A DNA stretch of 64,000 nt from an uncultured Acidobacteriota bacterium (GTDB taxonomy: Bacteria > Acidobacteriota > Thermoanaerobaculia > Multivoradales > UBA5704), in the NCBI GenBank assembly GCA_963700145.1, contig OY969474.1, forward strand, positions 2,304,001 through 2,368,000. The letters run 5' to 3'. The stretch's first letter is position 1, and every line of letters begins with the position of its first letter. Position numbers and translations under genes: made by a program. Below the pieces are notes generated by a model that searched no databases, had not been told where the DNA came from, and saw only the letters and a list, made by a program, of their open reading frames with translations. Below are positions 26,396 to 37,163 of this stretch, one piece after another.

Positions 26396-27937
26396 GCGAA
26401 CCGCTTCTTCCTTCTCGCCGGCACTGTCGCCTGCCTCGCCTGCGCCCGCGAGCGCGGAACGCTGGTGCCGGCCACCGACGAGCTCGTGGTGGCGCTGGAG
26501 TCGGCGCCCGTTAGCCTCGACCCGCGGGTCGCCACCGACCAGTCGTCGGCGCGCGTCTTCGCGGCCCTGCTCAACGGCCTCGCCACCAAGGACGAACGCG
26601 GTAACCCCTTGCCCGACCTCGCCACCTGGGAGGTGCTCGACGGCGGGCGGCGCTACCGCTTCCATCTGCGGCCCGGGGTCCGCTTCCACGACGGCCGGCG
26701 CCTCACCTCGGCCGACGTCGTCTGGACCTTCCGCACCATGCTCGACGGCACCATCGTCACCTCGAAGCGCGGCGCCTTCCCGCAGGTCCAGAGGGTCGAG
26801 GCGGCGGGACCGGCGGCGGTCGACTTCCACCTCTCCGAGCCCTTCGGGGCCTTTCCGCTCGAGCTGACGACGTCGATGGGCATCGTGCCGGCGGGCACGA
26901 CGCCGGAGGCGATGAACCGGCGGCCCATCGGCACGGGCCCCTTCCGCGTCGTCGCGCGCACCCCCGAGCGCGTCGTGCTGGAGCGCTTCGACGGCCACTT
27001 CGCCGGACCGCCGAAGCTCGACCGGATCGTCTTCAAGGTCGTGCCCGACGCCACGGTGCGGGCGCTCGAGCTGCTCAAGGGCTCGGTGCAGCTCGTGGTC
27101 AACGACCTGCCGCCGGACTTGGTGCCACGCTTCCGCGCCGACCGGCGCTACCGGGTGATCGAGGGCCCGGGGGCGACTTACTCCTACCTCGGCATCAACC
27201 TCGTGGACCCCCTGCTGCGCGACGTGCGGGTGCGGCGGGCGCTGGCGCTGGCGATCGACCGCGAGCGGCTGGTCGATTCGCTCTGGCGCGGGCTCGGCCG
27301 GGTCACCGAGACAATGATCCCGCACGCGCACTGGGCGCACCACGAAGGCCTGCCGCAGGTGCCCCACGACCCCGCGGCCGCCCGGCGCCTGCTCGACGCC
27401 GCCGGATATCCCGATCCCGACGGCCCGGCGCCGCGCTTCACGCTCACCTACAAGACCTCGACCAACGAGCCCTACATCCTCCAGGGGCAGGCGATCCAGG
27501 CGATGCTGGCGGAGGTGGGGATCGACCTGCGCGTGCGCTCCTACGAGTTCGCCACCTTCTACGAGGACGTGCGCAAGGGGAACTTCCAGATCTTCGCGCT
27601 GCTCCGCCTCGGCGTCCTCGACCCGCACGTCTACCGCCTCGTCCTCCACTCCGCGAGCCTCCCCCCCGCCGGCCAGAACCGCGGCCGCTACATCAACGCC
27701 CGCTTCGACCAGCTCATCGACCAGGGCGCCCGCCTCACCGCCCCAGCGGAGCGTCGCCCCTACTACCTCGCCGCCCAGGAGATCCTCGCCCGCGACCTCC
27801 CCTACATCAGCCTCTACATCCGCACCAACGTCGCCGTCATGCCCGCCGAGCTGAAGGGCTACCGGACGTACCTCAACGGGGAGCTGCTGAGCCTGAAGGA
27901 CGTATGGTGGGAGCGGCCCGGGCCGCGTCCTCTATAG
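26390..27937 (+). CDS. ABC peptide/nickel substrate-binding lipoprotein (family 5)
   Basis: MTANRFFLLAGTVACLAC lipoprotein-like N-terminus; SLDP, FHLRPGVRFHDG, PIGTGPF and DVRVRRALALAIDR motifs. Confidence 0.92.
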   Translation: MTANRFFLLAGTVACLACARERGTLVPATDELVVALESAPVSLDPRVATDQSSARVFAALLNGLATKDERGNPLPDLATWEVLDGGRRYRFHLRPGVRFHDGRRLTSADVVWTFRTMLDGTIVTSKRGAFPQVQRVEAAGPAAVDFHLSEPFGAFPLELTTSMGIVPAGTTPEAMNRRPIGTGPFRVVARTPERVVLERFDGHFAGPPKLDRIVFKVVPDATVRALELLKGSVQLVVNDLPPDLVPRFRADRRYRVIEGPGATYSYLGINLVDPLLRDVRVRRALALAIDRERLVDSLWRGLGRVTETMIPHAHWAHHEGLPQVPHDPAAARRLLDAAGYPDPDGPAPRFTLTYKTSTNEPYILQGQAIQAMLAEVGIDLRVRSYEFATFYEDVRKGNFQIFALLRLGVLDPHVYRLVLHSASLPPAGQNRGRYINARFDQLIDQGARLTAPAERRPYYLAAQEILARDLPYISLYIRTNVAVMPAELKGYRTYLNGELLSLKDVWWERPGPRPL

Positions 27938-29749
27938 ATAACCGAGCGAGCGGAGGCCTTCCAGGTACTCCTCGCCCTGGCGGGCCGTGGCGCCGCGGTC
28001 GCCTGGGGTGCCGTAAGTCGCAACGCGGGCGGGGGGCGGCTCCCAAGAACAGGCAGGTGGGGGGGCGGGGAGCTCGTCGCTCTGCGGCAGGCCGAGGGCG
28101 CGGAGGAGGGCCGAAGCCGTGGCCTCGGGCGAAGCCGTCGCGCGCACCGCGCCGGTCGCCCGGCAACCGCGAAGGCGCCAGAGGAGGATCCGTCCCTCGC
28201 CGTCGAGGCGACGCCTACCGGGATCGACGACGATGGCCACCGTCCCGACGCTTTCTTCACCCGCCCCAAGCGCCGCGGCGAGGAGCGCGTCCGTCTCGCG
28301 CAGCTCGCGCCGCACGAGGTCGGCGAGCGCCACCCCCCCGCCCCGCCAGTTGTCCGCCGCGATGTCGAGGCCGGGGAGGTAGAGCGCCGCGGCGCGCGGG
28401 CGCTCGGCGAGGAGCGCGGCGAAGGTCCGCCGATAGAAGCGGTCCGGGAGGAGCGCCCGGTCGAGCACCGCGGCGGCGGTGTCGCGCGACAGCGCGGCGG
28501 CGAGGAGACGGCGCTCCTCCGGCGCGGCGCCGGCGGCGAGGAGGGGCCGCAGGCGCGCCGCCGCCGCGGGAGGCGACACAGCGCCGGGCACCCCTTGCCG
28601 CAGCAGGTGGTAGGCGCCGTGCGCGACGACCACGCCCGGGAGCTTCGCCGCCGGGTACGTCCCCCACCAGTCCACCGCCGCGACCGGTGCGCCGCCGCGC
28701 GAGGCCAGCTCCCAGACGGTGAAGGCGCGCCGGCGGTTGGCGAGCACGGCGCGGTGGCGGGCGAGCCCGAGCGGCACCGCGACGCCGCTCCAGTAGGCGC
28801 GCAGCGGGCCGCTGCGGGCGAGCGGCGTGCGCGTGCCGAGCGGCTGGAAGCTGTCGAGGGCCGAGACGCCGTGCTCGGGGCTCGGCAGCCCGGTGGCGAC
28901 CGAGGTCCAGAAGGCGGCCGGCACCTCCGGCGGCCGCGCGTAGCGGAGCACCGCGCCCTCCCGCGCCAGCCGCTCGAGCGCCGGCAGGTCGCCGCGCGCC
29001 AAGAGGTAGTCGAGCTCTTCCGCCAGCACACCGTCGATGCCGAGGAGGAGGACGCGCTCCCCCGGCGCCGTCGGCAGCGCGCCCGGCCGCGTCTCCCCCG
29101 CGCCGCGCGCCGCGAGAAGCGCGGGCAGGAGGAGCAATCCGGCCGCGGCGAGCACCGCCAGCCCGAGCCGCCGCCCCGAGACCAGCCGGCTGCGCGGCGG
29201 CGCGTCGGTGAGCTGGATGGCGAGGGTCAGCAGGCCGTAGTGGACCAGCCGCACCAGGAGGTAGAGGGCCGCCGCCGCGCCGAGGACGAAGAGGGCGAGG
29301 TGCCAGGCCGGGCCGCCGGCCAGGAACTCCCCCGCCCAGCGCGCGGCGAGCGCCAGCGCCGCCACTCCCGCGGCCGCCGCCGCGGCGAAGGAGAGCGCCT
29401 CGATCCGCCGCACGTGGGTGAGGCGGAGGAGGAGCACGAGGAGCGCGCAGAGGGCGAGGAAGGCGACCGCCACCGCGAAGCCGATCGGCGGCAGCAGGTG
29501 GAGGAAGAGCGGCAGGAGGTCGGCGGCGGGGGCGTTGTTGGCCGCCGCCAGCGCCACCGCGAGCGGCGCGGCGAGCGCCAGCCCGGCGCCGAGACCGACC
29601 TTGGCGGTCAGCCGCAGCAGGTCGAGCCCGGGGCGGCGGGGGCGGAGGGCGTCCTGAAGGAGGAAGCGCTCGAAGCCGTGCGACAGATAGCCGAGGCGCT
29701 TGAGCTCCGAGCGCACGCGCTCGAGGTCGTGGGGCTCAGGCGGAGGCAC
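27932..29749 (-). CDS. Membrane protein with C-terminal alkaline-phosphatase-like domain
   Basis: N-terminal TM segments; LLLGIDG, FWTSVATG...HGV, VDWWGTYPA; ends LRSLGYL. Confidence 0.8.
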   Translation of the reverse strand: MPPPEPHDLERVRSELKRLGYLSHGFERFLLQDALRPRRPGLDLLRLTAKVGLGAGLALAAPLAVALAAANNAPAADLLPLFLHLLPPIGFAVAVAFLALCALLVLLLRLTHVRRIEALSFAAAAAAGVAALALAARWAGEFLAGGPAWHLALFVLGAAAALYLLVRLVHYGLLTLAIQLTDAPPRSRLVSGRRLGLAVLAAAGLLLLPALLAARGAGETRPGALPTAPGERVLLLGIDGVLAEELDYLLARGDLPALERLAREGAVLRYARPPEVPAAFWTSVATGLPSPEHGVSALDSFQPLGTRTPLARSGPLRAYWSGVAVPLGLARHRAVLANRRRAFTVWELASRGGAPVAAVDWWGTYPAAKLPGVVVAHGAYHLLRQGVPGAVSPPAAAARLRPLLAAGAAPEERRLLAAALSRDTAAAVLDRALLPDRFYRRTFAALLAERPRAAALYLPGLDIAADNWRGGGVALADLVRRELRETDALLAAALGAGEESVGTVAIVVDPGRRRLDGEGRILLWRLRGCRATGAVRATASPEATASALLRALGLPQSDELPAPPPACSWEPPPARVATYGTPGDRGATARQGEEYLEGLRSLGYL

Positions 29750-29758
29750 CCGGGCAGT

Positions 29759-30645
29759 CTAATGCCCGCGCGTCTGGACGAAGGCCGCCAGCTCGCGCAG
29801 CGGGTCGGCCTTGCGCCCGAGCGGCTCGAGCGAGGCGGCGGCGAAGCCGAGGAGCTCGTCGGCCAGGGTCTGCGCGCCCTCGACGCCGAGGAGCTTGACG
29901 AACGTGACCTTCGCGGCGTCCTGGCCGGCGTCCTTGCCGGTCTCCTCCGGCGTCGCGAGGACGTCGAGGAGGTCGTCCGAGATCTGGAAGGCGAGCCCCA
30001 GGTTCTTGGCGTAGCGCGCCACGACCTCGAGGTCCTTCCGCCGCGCGTCGGCGGCCATCGCCCCCAGCTCGGCGGCGGCCATGAAGAGCGCGCCGGTCTT
30101 GTGGCTGTGGATGTACTCCAGGCGGTCGAGGTCCAGCTCTTCCGGGCGCGACAGCAGGTCGAGCGCCTGGCCGCCGATCAGGCCGTGGCTGCCGATCGCC
30201 GCCGCCAGGTGGTGGATCATGTCCTCGCTGGTGTAGCGGGCGAGCGCCAGCCGCTGCGCGCTCTCGGCGGCGAGGGCGTAGGCGCGGTTCAAGAGCGCCA
30301 GGGCGGCGAGGATCGCCACCGCCTCGCCGAAGACGCGGTGGGTCGTCGGCCGGCCGCGGCGTAGGCCGGCGTCGTCCATCGACGGCAGGTCGTCGAGCAC
30401 CAGCGAGCAGGCGTGGACCATCTCGACGGCGCAGGCGAGGTCGAGGACGGGGGGGAGCTGCGGCCGAAGATCTCGGCCACCGCCAGGGTGAGCACCGGGC
30501 GAACGCGCTTGCCGCGGCCGGTCAGCGCGTACTCCATCGCCCGGTGCACCTCCTCCGGGCGCTCGGCGGCGGCCGGGAGGAGCGCCGGCAGGCGGGCCTC
30601 GACCCGCGTGCCGAGCGCCGCCAGCCGCCCGCCGAGGCCGCGCAC
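29759..30645 (-). CDS. Polyprenyl synthetase (IspA/GGPP synthase), frameshifted at G7 tract 30449-30455
   Basis: GKRVRP is in one frame. VEMVHACSLVLDDLPSMDD, RRGRPT, KTGALF and FQISDDLLD are in the next frame. The frame changes within the homopolymer. Confidence 0.9.
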
Positions 30646-30658
30646 GCTGGCCGGGGCC

Positions 30659-30997
30659 CTAGGCGAAGGAGCGCACCGCCTCGTCCACGGTGTCGTAGAC
30701 GTCGAAGACGGTGATGAGCTGGGTGATCGTCAGCACGTCGTTGACCTTCTCCGGGATGCGGGCGAGCTTGAGCTTGGCGCCGCGGTTGGTGGCGGTGGTG
30801 TAAGCGCTCACCAGCTCGCCGACCCCGGAGGAGTCGATCGTGGTGACGTTGGCGAGGTCGATGACGAGGTTGGTGGCGCCGCTGTTGAGGGCGCTCTGCA
30901 CCCCCTCCCGCAACGCCAGATCCCCGGCACCGATGGTGATCTTGCCGGCGACCTCGAGAATGGTGACGTTCCCCTCCTGCCTGGTGTTGATCTTCAT
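30659..30997 (-). CDS. STAS anti-sigma factor antagonist (RsbV-like)
   Basis: LVIDLANVTTIDSSGVGELV with the phospho-Ser motif; GGAGG RBS. Confidence 0.93.
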   Translation of the reverse strand: MKINTRQEGNVTILEVAGKITIGAGDLALREGVQSALNSGATNLVIDLANVTTIDSSGVGELVSAYTTATNRGAKLKLARIPEKVNDVLTITQLITVFDVYDTVDEAVRSFA

Positions 30998-31494
30998 TGT
31001 CCCTCCTGTGGGATGCCGAGCGCCTCCGCCGGCCGGCCGGCCACCCGCTTGCGCAGGGTGACTTCGGTGCCGCCGGTCGGTCCGGGGGCGTAGTCGATCG
31101 CGTCCATGAAGCTCTTCATGTAGAAGATGCCGCGGCCGGTGGGCCGCAGCAGGTTTTCGGGAGCGAGAGGGCTGTCGAGATGGTCGGAATCGAACCCTTC
31201 CCCCTCGTCGCGCACGTGCACCACCAGCTCCTGCCCCTCAACACCCCAATCCACCTCCACTTGCTTCTCGGGGTCCTGCCGGTTGCCGTGCTTGATGGCG
31301 TTGGCCACCGCCTCGCGCACCGCCAGCCCCACCCAGTGGCGCGTGTCGCCGTCAACCCCCATCCCCTCCAGCGCGTCCTCGAGCACCACCTGCACGAGCT
31401 CGATGTTCTCGAACCGGCTGCCGATCGCGAGGTGGACGCGGGGCTCGTCGGACTCGTCGGGCACGGGGGAGCGACCTCGCGCGGAGTCTAGCAT
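30994..31494 (-). CDS. Anti-sigma factor Ser kinase (RsbW-like)
   Basis: EAVANAIKHGN, DEGEGF and GRGIFYM motifs. The true start may be the GTG near 31465. Confidence 0.92.
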   Translation of the reverse strand: MLDSARGRSPVPDESDEPRVHLAIGSRFENIELVQVVLEDALEGMGVDGDTRHWVGLAVREAVANAIKHGNRQDPEKQVEVDWGVEGQELVVHVRDEGEGFDSDHLDSPLAPENLLRPTGRGIFYMKSFMDAIDYAPGPTGGTEVTLRKRVAGRPAEALGIPQEGQ

Positions 31495-31509
31495 CGGGGG
31501 AAAGGCACT

Positions 31510-32340
31510 CTACTTCGCTTGCCGGCCCAGGAGCTCGAGCGCCGCGGGGACGATGACCAGGAGTTGCACGGCGTCGAACAGGGCGTGGGCGGCGATCGCC
31601 GCCCAGACGCTCTGCCGCCAGCGCACCAGGGCGCCGTAGAGGACCGACAGGAAGGTCACCCCGACGAGCAGGAAGGGCTGGCCATAGGAGGCGTGGGCGA
31701 GGGCGAAGAAGAGGGTCGAGAGGAGGAGCCCGGCGCGCGGCTGCAGGAAGCCGCGGAAGAAGGTCTCCTCGACGGCGCCCGCCGAGAGGCTCACCAAGAG
31801 GCGCACGCCCCAGGGCAGCGCCGCAATCCACGGGACCAGCGCCGGCGGCGACTTGGGGAGCGCGTCCTCGCCGCCGAAGGCGAGGACGACGAGCGCGACC
31901 GCCATCAGCACCATCAGCGCCAGCGACCAGATGGCGAGGCCCAGGACCAGCCCCAGCCCGATCTCGCGCGCCGGCCGCGGCGCGAGCAGCCCGAACTGCG
32001 CGGCGAAGAGGCGGCCGAGGTCGGCGCGGGCCGTGCCCCAATACCCGAGGAGGAACCAGCCGACCAGCGTCGCCACCAAGATGCCGTGGAGAAGGAAGAG
32101 CCGCGGCACGGTGAGGCCGGAGAGGTCCATCTCGGTCTCGAGCCCGAGCATGCCGAGCGGCGCGAAGACGCCGATCCAGAAGACGGCGGCGAGAAGGGCC
32201 AGCGCGGCGCCGCGCCGCCAGGGGACGGCGAAGCCCGGCGGCAGCAGGCCCTTGGCGGCGCACAGGCGGTCGACGATGAAGGCGGCGGCGAGCGCCAGCA
32301 GCGCGGGGCCGACGACGCGCAGGAGGTCGAGAGGGGTCAT
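31510..32340 (-). CDS. CPBP/CAAX intramembrane metalloprotease
   Basis: EETFFRG, FALAH and AHALFD motifs. Confidence 0.9.
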   Translation of the reverse strand: MTPLDLLRVVGPALLALAAAFIVDRLCAAKGLLPPGFAVPWRRGAALALLAAVFWIGVFAPLGMLGLETEMDLSGLTVPRLFLLHGILVATLVGWFLLGYWGTARADLGRLFAAQFGLLAPRPAREIGLGLVLGLAIWSLALMVLMAVALVVLAFGGEDALPKSPPALVPWIAALPWGVRLLVSLSAGAVEETFFRGFLQPRAGLLLSTLFFALAHASYGQPFLLVGVTFLSVLYGALVRWRQSVWAAIAAHALFDAVQLLVIVPAALELLGRQAK

Positions 32341-32385
32341 GGGCGGCGCCGGCGTGAAGCGGCCGGCGCCGCGGAGGCTAGCAGG

Positions 32386-34365
32386 TCATTCGAGCGGCTG
32401 CGCCGCGCCGCTCGTGAGCGAGCCGTCGAGCAGCTCGCGGAACCGGCGGTGGGCCTCGCGCGCCACCTCCCCGTGCTGCCGCGCCAGCTCATTCTGCTGC
32501 CGCGCCAGCTCATTCTGCTGCCGGGCCAGCTCCTGCTGCCGCTCGACGAGCTCCATCTGGTCGCTCTGGTCCGACATTCTGTCGTGCAGCTCGCGGATCT
32601 TCCCGTCCAGCTCGCGGACCGCGCGGTCGAGTGCCGCGCGCTCCTCCTCGTCGACCCGCATCCGCTGCGCGTGGAGCTGCGACAGCTTGGCGTGGAGCTG
32701 CCCCTGCTGCGCGGCCAGCTTCCCTTGCGCGCGTCCCAGCTCGCCCTGCTGCCTTCCCAGCTCACCCTGCTGCTTTCCCAGCTCTCCTTGCTGTCTGCCC
32801 AGCTCCCCCTGCTTCCGGCCGAGCTCCCGCGGCGGCGCGAAGGCGGCCTCGACCTGCCGCAGGGTCTCCGCGTCGCGGATCAGGTACTCCTTGCCGTCGC
32901 GCTCGAACCAGACGCCGCGGGCGGACGGACCGATGGCCCGCTTGGCGCGCGCGAAGTCGCCGCCGGTGCCGTTGACGAGGGCGTCGTCCTCGTCGCCGAG
33001 GATGACGACGAAGGCCTCGTCGTCCTCGTCGCGGAAGCCGTGGGAGTAGCCGTGGCCGCGCCCCAGGCGCGCCGGGACCGCGGGGATCGCCGGGACGGCG
33101 GGCACGGCGGGGACCGCCGGCATGGGCGCCAGTGCGGGTGCCGCAGGCACCGCGGGCACCGCCGGGACGGCCGCCACGGCGGGCGCGGCAGGCATCGCGG
33201 GCGCGAGGACGTGCATTGGCGGCACCGGGGGGACCGGAGGAATCGGGGGGACCGGGGCGACGGGGGCGACCGGGCCCAACGCGTGCGCGAGGGCGCCGGC
33301 GGGTGCGTCGGCGTGGGACGCGGCGGCCGCCTCGGCGGGCGGGGCCGTGGGCTCCTCCTCCTGTGCGACGAGCGTGAAGGGGAGCAGCGCCACGAGGGCC
33401 GCGGGGACGACCAGGGCCCACCAGCCGCGGTGGAAACGCTTGCCGGCGATCGATTGCTGCAGCATCTCGAGTCTCCTCTTGAGAGTGCGGAAGGACGGGG
33501 CCGCGCCGGCGAGGGCGAAGCGCGGCGGCGCCGCCGTCACGCCGAGCCGCACAAGCAGGCGGCCGTAGCGTTCGGGAGCCGGGCGCAGGAGGCGGAGGAC
33601 CTCCGCGTCGCAGGCGGCCTCGCGGGCAAGGGCGTACTCGCGCGCCGCCAGGCGCGCCAGCGGGTGGAAGAAGAGGAGCCGCTGCGCCAGGGCCGGCACC
33701 CAGCTCAGCCAGAGGTCGCCGCGCCGGAGGTGGAGCAGCTCGTGCGCGAGGGTGAGCGCCAGCTCCTCGCGCGAGAGCGTCGCGAGCGTGCGCGCCGGGA
33801 GGAGCACGCGCGGGCGGAGCGGGCCGACGACCTGCGGCGTCTCGATCTCCTCGGAGCCGAGGACCTCCACCTGCCTGCGCAGGCCGAGCGTCTGTTGGAG
33901 CTGGGTCAGGAGGCTAGAGAGCGCCGGATCGGCGACGGGCGCGGCGGCGCGCACCCTCGCGCGCAGGCGGCGGAGCTGGAAGCCGGCGACGACGAGCTGC
34001 GCGAGGAGCCCGGCGCCCCAGAGCGTCACCGCGAGGAGGGTCCAGTCGACGCGCGCCGATGGCGGTGCGGCGGGCGCGGGCGCCTCGATGCGCGCCGTCT
34101 GCGGAGCCACGAGCGGCGCCGGCATGGCTGCCAGCTCCATCTTCCCTACCCCGCTCTTCTCCGCGGCCGGCAGCACCGGCAGCGGCACCGGCGCGGTCCA
34201 GGCCAGCGCGACGAGGAGCTTCAAGCAGACGAGCCACCAGAGCGCGCAGCGCAGCGCGGCCGGCAGGCGCGGCACGAGACGGCAGAGCGCCCACACCGCG
34301 GCGACCGCGAGCGCGCCCTGGAGCGAGGCGCGGAGGAGGGCCGCGGCGAGGAGGTCGGCGCTCAT
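32386..34365 (-). CDS. M56 (BlaR1/MecR1-like) membrane metallopeptidase with Pro-rich linker and heptad-repeat tail
   Basis: HELLH zinc motif, FFHPL, REAACD and LKRRL; directly downstream of BlaI. Confidence 0.92.
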   Translation of the reverse strand: MSADLLAAALLRASLQGALAVAAVWALCRLVPRLPAALRCALWWLVCLKLLVALAWTAPVPLPVLPAAEKSGVGKMELAAMPAPLVAPQTARIEAPAPAAPPSARVDWTLLAVTLWGAGLLAQLVVAGFQLRRLRARVRAAAPVADPALSSLLTQLQQTLGLRRQVEVLGSEEIETPQVVGPLRPRVLLPARTLATLSREELALTLAHELLHLRRGDLWLSWVPALAQRLLFFHPLARLAAREYALAREAACDAEVLRLLRPAPERYGRLLVRLGVTAAPPRFALAGAAPSFRTLKRRLEMLQQSIAGKRFHRGWWALVVPAALVALLPFTLVAQEEEPTAPPAEAAAASHADAPAGALAHALGPVAPVAPVPPIPPVPPVPPMHVLAPAMPAAPAVAAVPAVPAVPAAPALAPMPAVPAVPAVPAIPAVPARLGRGHGYSHGFRDEDDEAFVVILGDEDDALVNGTGGDFARAKRAIGPSARGVWFERDGKEYLIRDAETLRQVEAAFAPPRELGRKQGELGRQQGELGKQQGELGRQQGELGRAQGKLAAQQGQLHAKLSQLHAQRMRVDEEERAALDRAVRELDGKIRELHDRMSDQSDQMELVERQQELARQQNELARQQNELARQHGEVAREAHRRFRELLDGSLTSGAAQPLE

Positions 34366-34366
34366 C

Positions 34367-34753
34367 TCAGCCCTCCTCCTTCCGCGCCCGCAGGCGGCCG
34401 ACCAGCTCCTCCAGCTCCGCCAGCTCCTCCTCGGTGACCTCGGCGTTCTCGGCGAGGTAGGCGACGAAGGGCGAGACCGACCCCGCGAGCGTGCGCTCGA
34501 CGAAGGCGCTCACCGCGCCGCGCAGCACCTCGTGCGCCGGCACCGGCGAGACGTAGTGATAGACCCCGTCCACCTGCCGCCGGTGGAGGTGCCCCTTCTG
34601 GCGCAGCCGCTCCATCATGGTGAGCACCGTCGAGCGCGCCAGCCCGCGCGGCGCACCGAAGCCCTCGGCGACCTGGCCGACGGTCGAAGGCCCCTGCTCC
34701 GCGACGTGGCGGAGCAGCGCCAGCTCCTGGTCCCCGATCGACTTGGCGGGCAT
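34367..34753 (-). CDS. BlaI/MecI/CopY repressor
   Basis: [11 protein letters not shown]...[17 protein letters not shown]...[24 protein letters not shown]. Confidence 0.92.
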   Translation of the reverse strand: MPAKSIGDQELALLRHVAEQGPSTVGQVAEGFGAPRGLARSTVLTMMERLRQKGHLHRRQVDGVYHYVSPVPAHEVLRGAVSAFVERTLAGSVSPFVAYLAENAEVTEEELAELEELVGRLRARKEEG

Positions 34754-34774
34754 CTCCGGTCTCTCCAACGGCGG

Positions 34775-34804
34775 ATGGTACCGGGTGACTACAACTGTCG
34801 TCAA
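34775..34804 (-). promoter_or_regulatory. blaI promoter with BlaI-type operator
   Basis: Minus strand TTGACG-18 bp-TACCAT, overlapped by the imperfect palindrome TGACTACAACTGTCGTCA (34786-34803), which resembles the TACA-N2-TGTA BlaI box. Confidence 0.75.
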
Positions 34805-34923
34805 GAGGGGTTTCCGGCGTGCTATCCTTCCCGCCCGGTGCGCACCCCGCGCCAACCGCGCCAATCCCCACGAGTGCCGTCGAGAGCCCGGCGCGAAAGC
34901 TTTCGCGCTCCAGGAGGACCGCC

Positions 34924-36183
34924 GTGAGCCGTTATCCAGGCGTCGATTTCCTCGAGCTGGACCCCCTCCTCTCCGAGGAGGAGCGGCTGGTGCGCGACAC
35001 CGTCCGCGAGTTCGTCGAGGACAAGGTCAAGCCGATCATCGAGGAGTGCCACCGCGAGGCGCGCACCCCGCTCGAGCTGGTCCCCGAGATGGGGCGCCTC
35101 AACCTCTTCGGCGCCACCATCGCCGAGTACGGCCTCCCCGGCCTCAACAACGTCGCCTACGGCCTCATCATGCAGGAGCTCGAGCGCGGCGACTCGGGGC
35201 TGCGAAGCTTCGTCTCGGTCCAGAGCTCGCTCGTCATGTACCCCATTTACACCTTCGGCTCGCCCGAGCAGAAGGACCGCTGGGTCCCGGCCCTGGCCTC
35301 CGGCGAGGCGATCGGCTGCTTCGGCCTGACCGAGCCGGACTTCGGCTCCAACCCCGGCGGCATGCGCACGACGGCGCGGCGCGACGGCGACTCGTGGGTG
35401 CTCAACGGCTCGAAGCAGTGGATCACCAACGGCACCCTCGCCGACGTGGCGGTCGTCTGGGCGAAGACGCCCGACGGGGTGCGCGGCTTCCTGGTCCAGA
35501 AGGGCACGCCCGGCTACACCTCCTCCGACCAGCACGGCAAGTTCTCGCTCCGCGCCTCGACGACCTCCGAGCTCGGTTTCCACGACTGCCGCATCCCGGC
35601 GGCGAACCTGCTCCCCGGCACGACGGGCCTCAAGAGCGCGCTCATGTGCTTGAACCAGGCGCGCTACGGCATCGCCTGGGGCGGCCTGGGCGCGGCGATG
35701 GAGTGCTACTGGACGGCCCTCGAGTACGCCAAGCAGCGCCTCCAGTTCGGCGGCCAGCCGATCGCCTGCCACCAGCTGGTGCAGGAGAAGCTGGTGTGGA
35801 TGGTCTCCGAGATCAGCAAGGGGCAGCTCCTCGCCCTCCAGCTCGGCCGGCTCAAGGACCGCGGGCGCCTCAAGCCCCATCAGGTCTCGCTCGGCAAGCG
35901 CAACAACGTCTGGGTGGCGCGCGAGTGCGCGAAGCTGGCGCGCGAGGTGCTCGGCGCCAACGGCATCGTCGACGACTACCCGGTCATCCGCCACATGCTC
36001 AACATCGAGTCGGTCTTCACCTACGAGGGGACGCACGACATCCACGCCCTGGTCATCGGCGAGGCCATCACCGGGATCCCGGCCTACAACCCGCCGGAGC
36101 GGCAGCCGCGCGAGCCGCGGGCGAAGGCCAAGCCGGCGCCCGAGGAGGCGGAGACTGCGCCGGCCCTCGAGGGCGCCCGCTGA
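34924..36183 (+). CDS. Acyl-CoA dehydrogenase (glutaryl-CoA dehydrogenase-like)
   Basis: GTG at 34924 after a [41 protein letters not shown] and TYEGTHDIH motifs. Confidence 0.92.
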   Translation: MSRYPGVDFLELDPLLSEEERLVRDTVREFVEDKVKPIIEECHREARTPLELVPEMGRLNLFGATIAEYGLPGLNNVAYGLIMQELERGDSGLRSFVSVQSSLVMYPIYTFGSPEQKDRWVPALASGEAIGCFGLTEPDFGSNPGGMRTTARRDGDSWVLNGSKQWITNGTLADVAVVWAKTPDGVRGFLVQKGTPGYTSSDQHGKFSLRASTTSELGFHDCRIPAANLLPGTTGLKSALMCLNQARYGIAWGGLGAAMECYWTALEYAKQRLQFGGQPIACHQLVQEKLVWMVSEISKGQLLALQLGRLKDRGRLKPHQVSLGKRNNVWVARECAKLAREVLGANGIVDDYPVIRHMLNIESVFTYEGTHDIHALVIGEAITGIPAYNPPERQPREPRAKAKPAPEEAETAPALEGAR

Positions 36184-37163
36184 TGTCGCTCGACCGGCGC
36201 CTCGAGCAGGACTTCATCCGCGTCACCGAGCAGGCGGCGATCGCCGCCGCCAAGACGATGGGCTACGGCGACCGCCACGACTCCGACCGCGTCGCCGTCG
36301 AGGCCATGCGGCGCGAGATGGACTCGCTCGAGATGGACGGCCGGGTGGTGATCGGCGAGGGGGAGCGCGACCAGGCGCCGATGCTTTTCGTCGGCGAGCA
36401 GCTCGGCGCGGCGCGCGGCAAGGACGGGGCGCTGGCGGTGGACATCGCCGTCGATCCGCTCGAAGGCACCAACCTCTGCGCTACCGGCGCGCCGGACGCC
36501 ATCGCCGTCCTCGCCGCCGCCGAGCGCGGCGGCCTCCTCTACGCCCCCGACATCTACATGGAGAAGATCGTCGTCGGCCCGACGGCGCGCGGCTCGGTGC
36601 ACATCGACGCGCCGGTGGCCGAGAACCTGCGCAACTTGGCGCAGGCCTTCGGGCGGAAGGTCAGCGACCTGACCGTCGTCGTCCTCGACCGCGAGCGGCA
36701 CCGGCAGCTCGTCGCCGACATCCGCGATTCCGGGGCGCGCATCCGCCTGATCGCCGACGGCGACCTCTCGGCCGGCATCGCCGCGGCGGTGCGCGGCACC
36801 GGCGTGCACGCGGTGATGGGGATCGGCGGCGCGCCGGAAGGGGTGATCACCGCCGCCGCCATGCGCTGCCTGGGCGGCGAGATCCAGGCGCGCCTGCGGC
36901 CGCTCGGCGAAGCCCAGGAGGCGCGCGCCAGAGAGCTGGGGACCGACGTCGCCAAGATCTACCGCACCGAAGACCTCGCCCCCGGCGAGCAGATCCTCTT
37001 CGCCTCGACCGGCGTCACCGACGGCGAGTTGCTGCGCGGCGTGCGCTTCTTCGGCGGCGGCTCGCGCACCTCGACCCTCTTCATGTCGCTGTCGCGGCAC
37101 CTCATCCGCTTCGTCGACACCATCCACCGCGAGCAGGTGACCACCCCGGTCCGCTTCGTGTGA
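36183..37163 (+). CDS. glpX: Class II fructose-1,6-bisphosphatase
   Basis: [35 protein letters not shown] and TGVTDG motifs; TGATG coupling. Confidence 0.95.
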   Translation: MSLDRRLEQDFIRVTEQAAIAAAKTMGYGDRHDSDRVAVEAMRREMDSLEMDGRVVIGEGERDQAPMLFVGEQLGAARGKDGALAVDIAVDPLEGTNLCATGAPDAIAVLAAAERGGLLYAPDIYMEKIVVGPTARGSVHIDAPVAENLRNLAQAFGRKVSDLTVVVLDRERHRQLVADIRDSGARIRLIADGDLSAGIAAAVRGTGVHAVMGIGGAPEGVITAAAMRCLGGEIQARLRPLGEAQEARARELGTDVAKIYRTEDLAPGEQILFASTGVTDGELLRGVRFFGGGSRTSTLFMSLSRHLIRFVDTIHREQVTTPVRFV

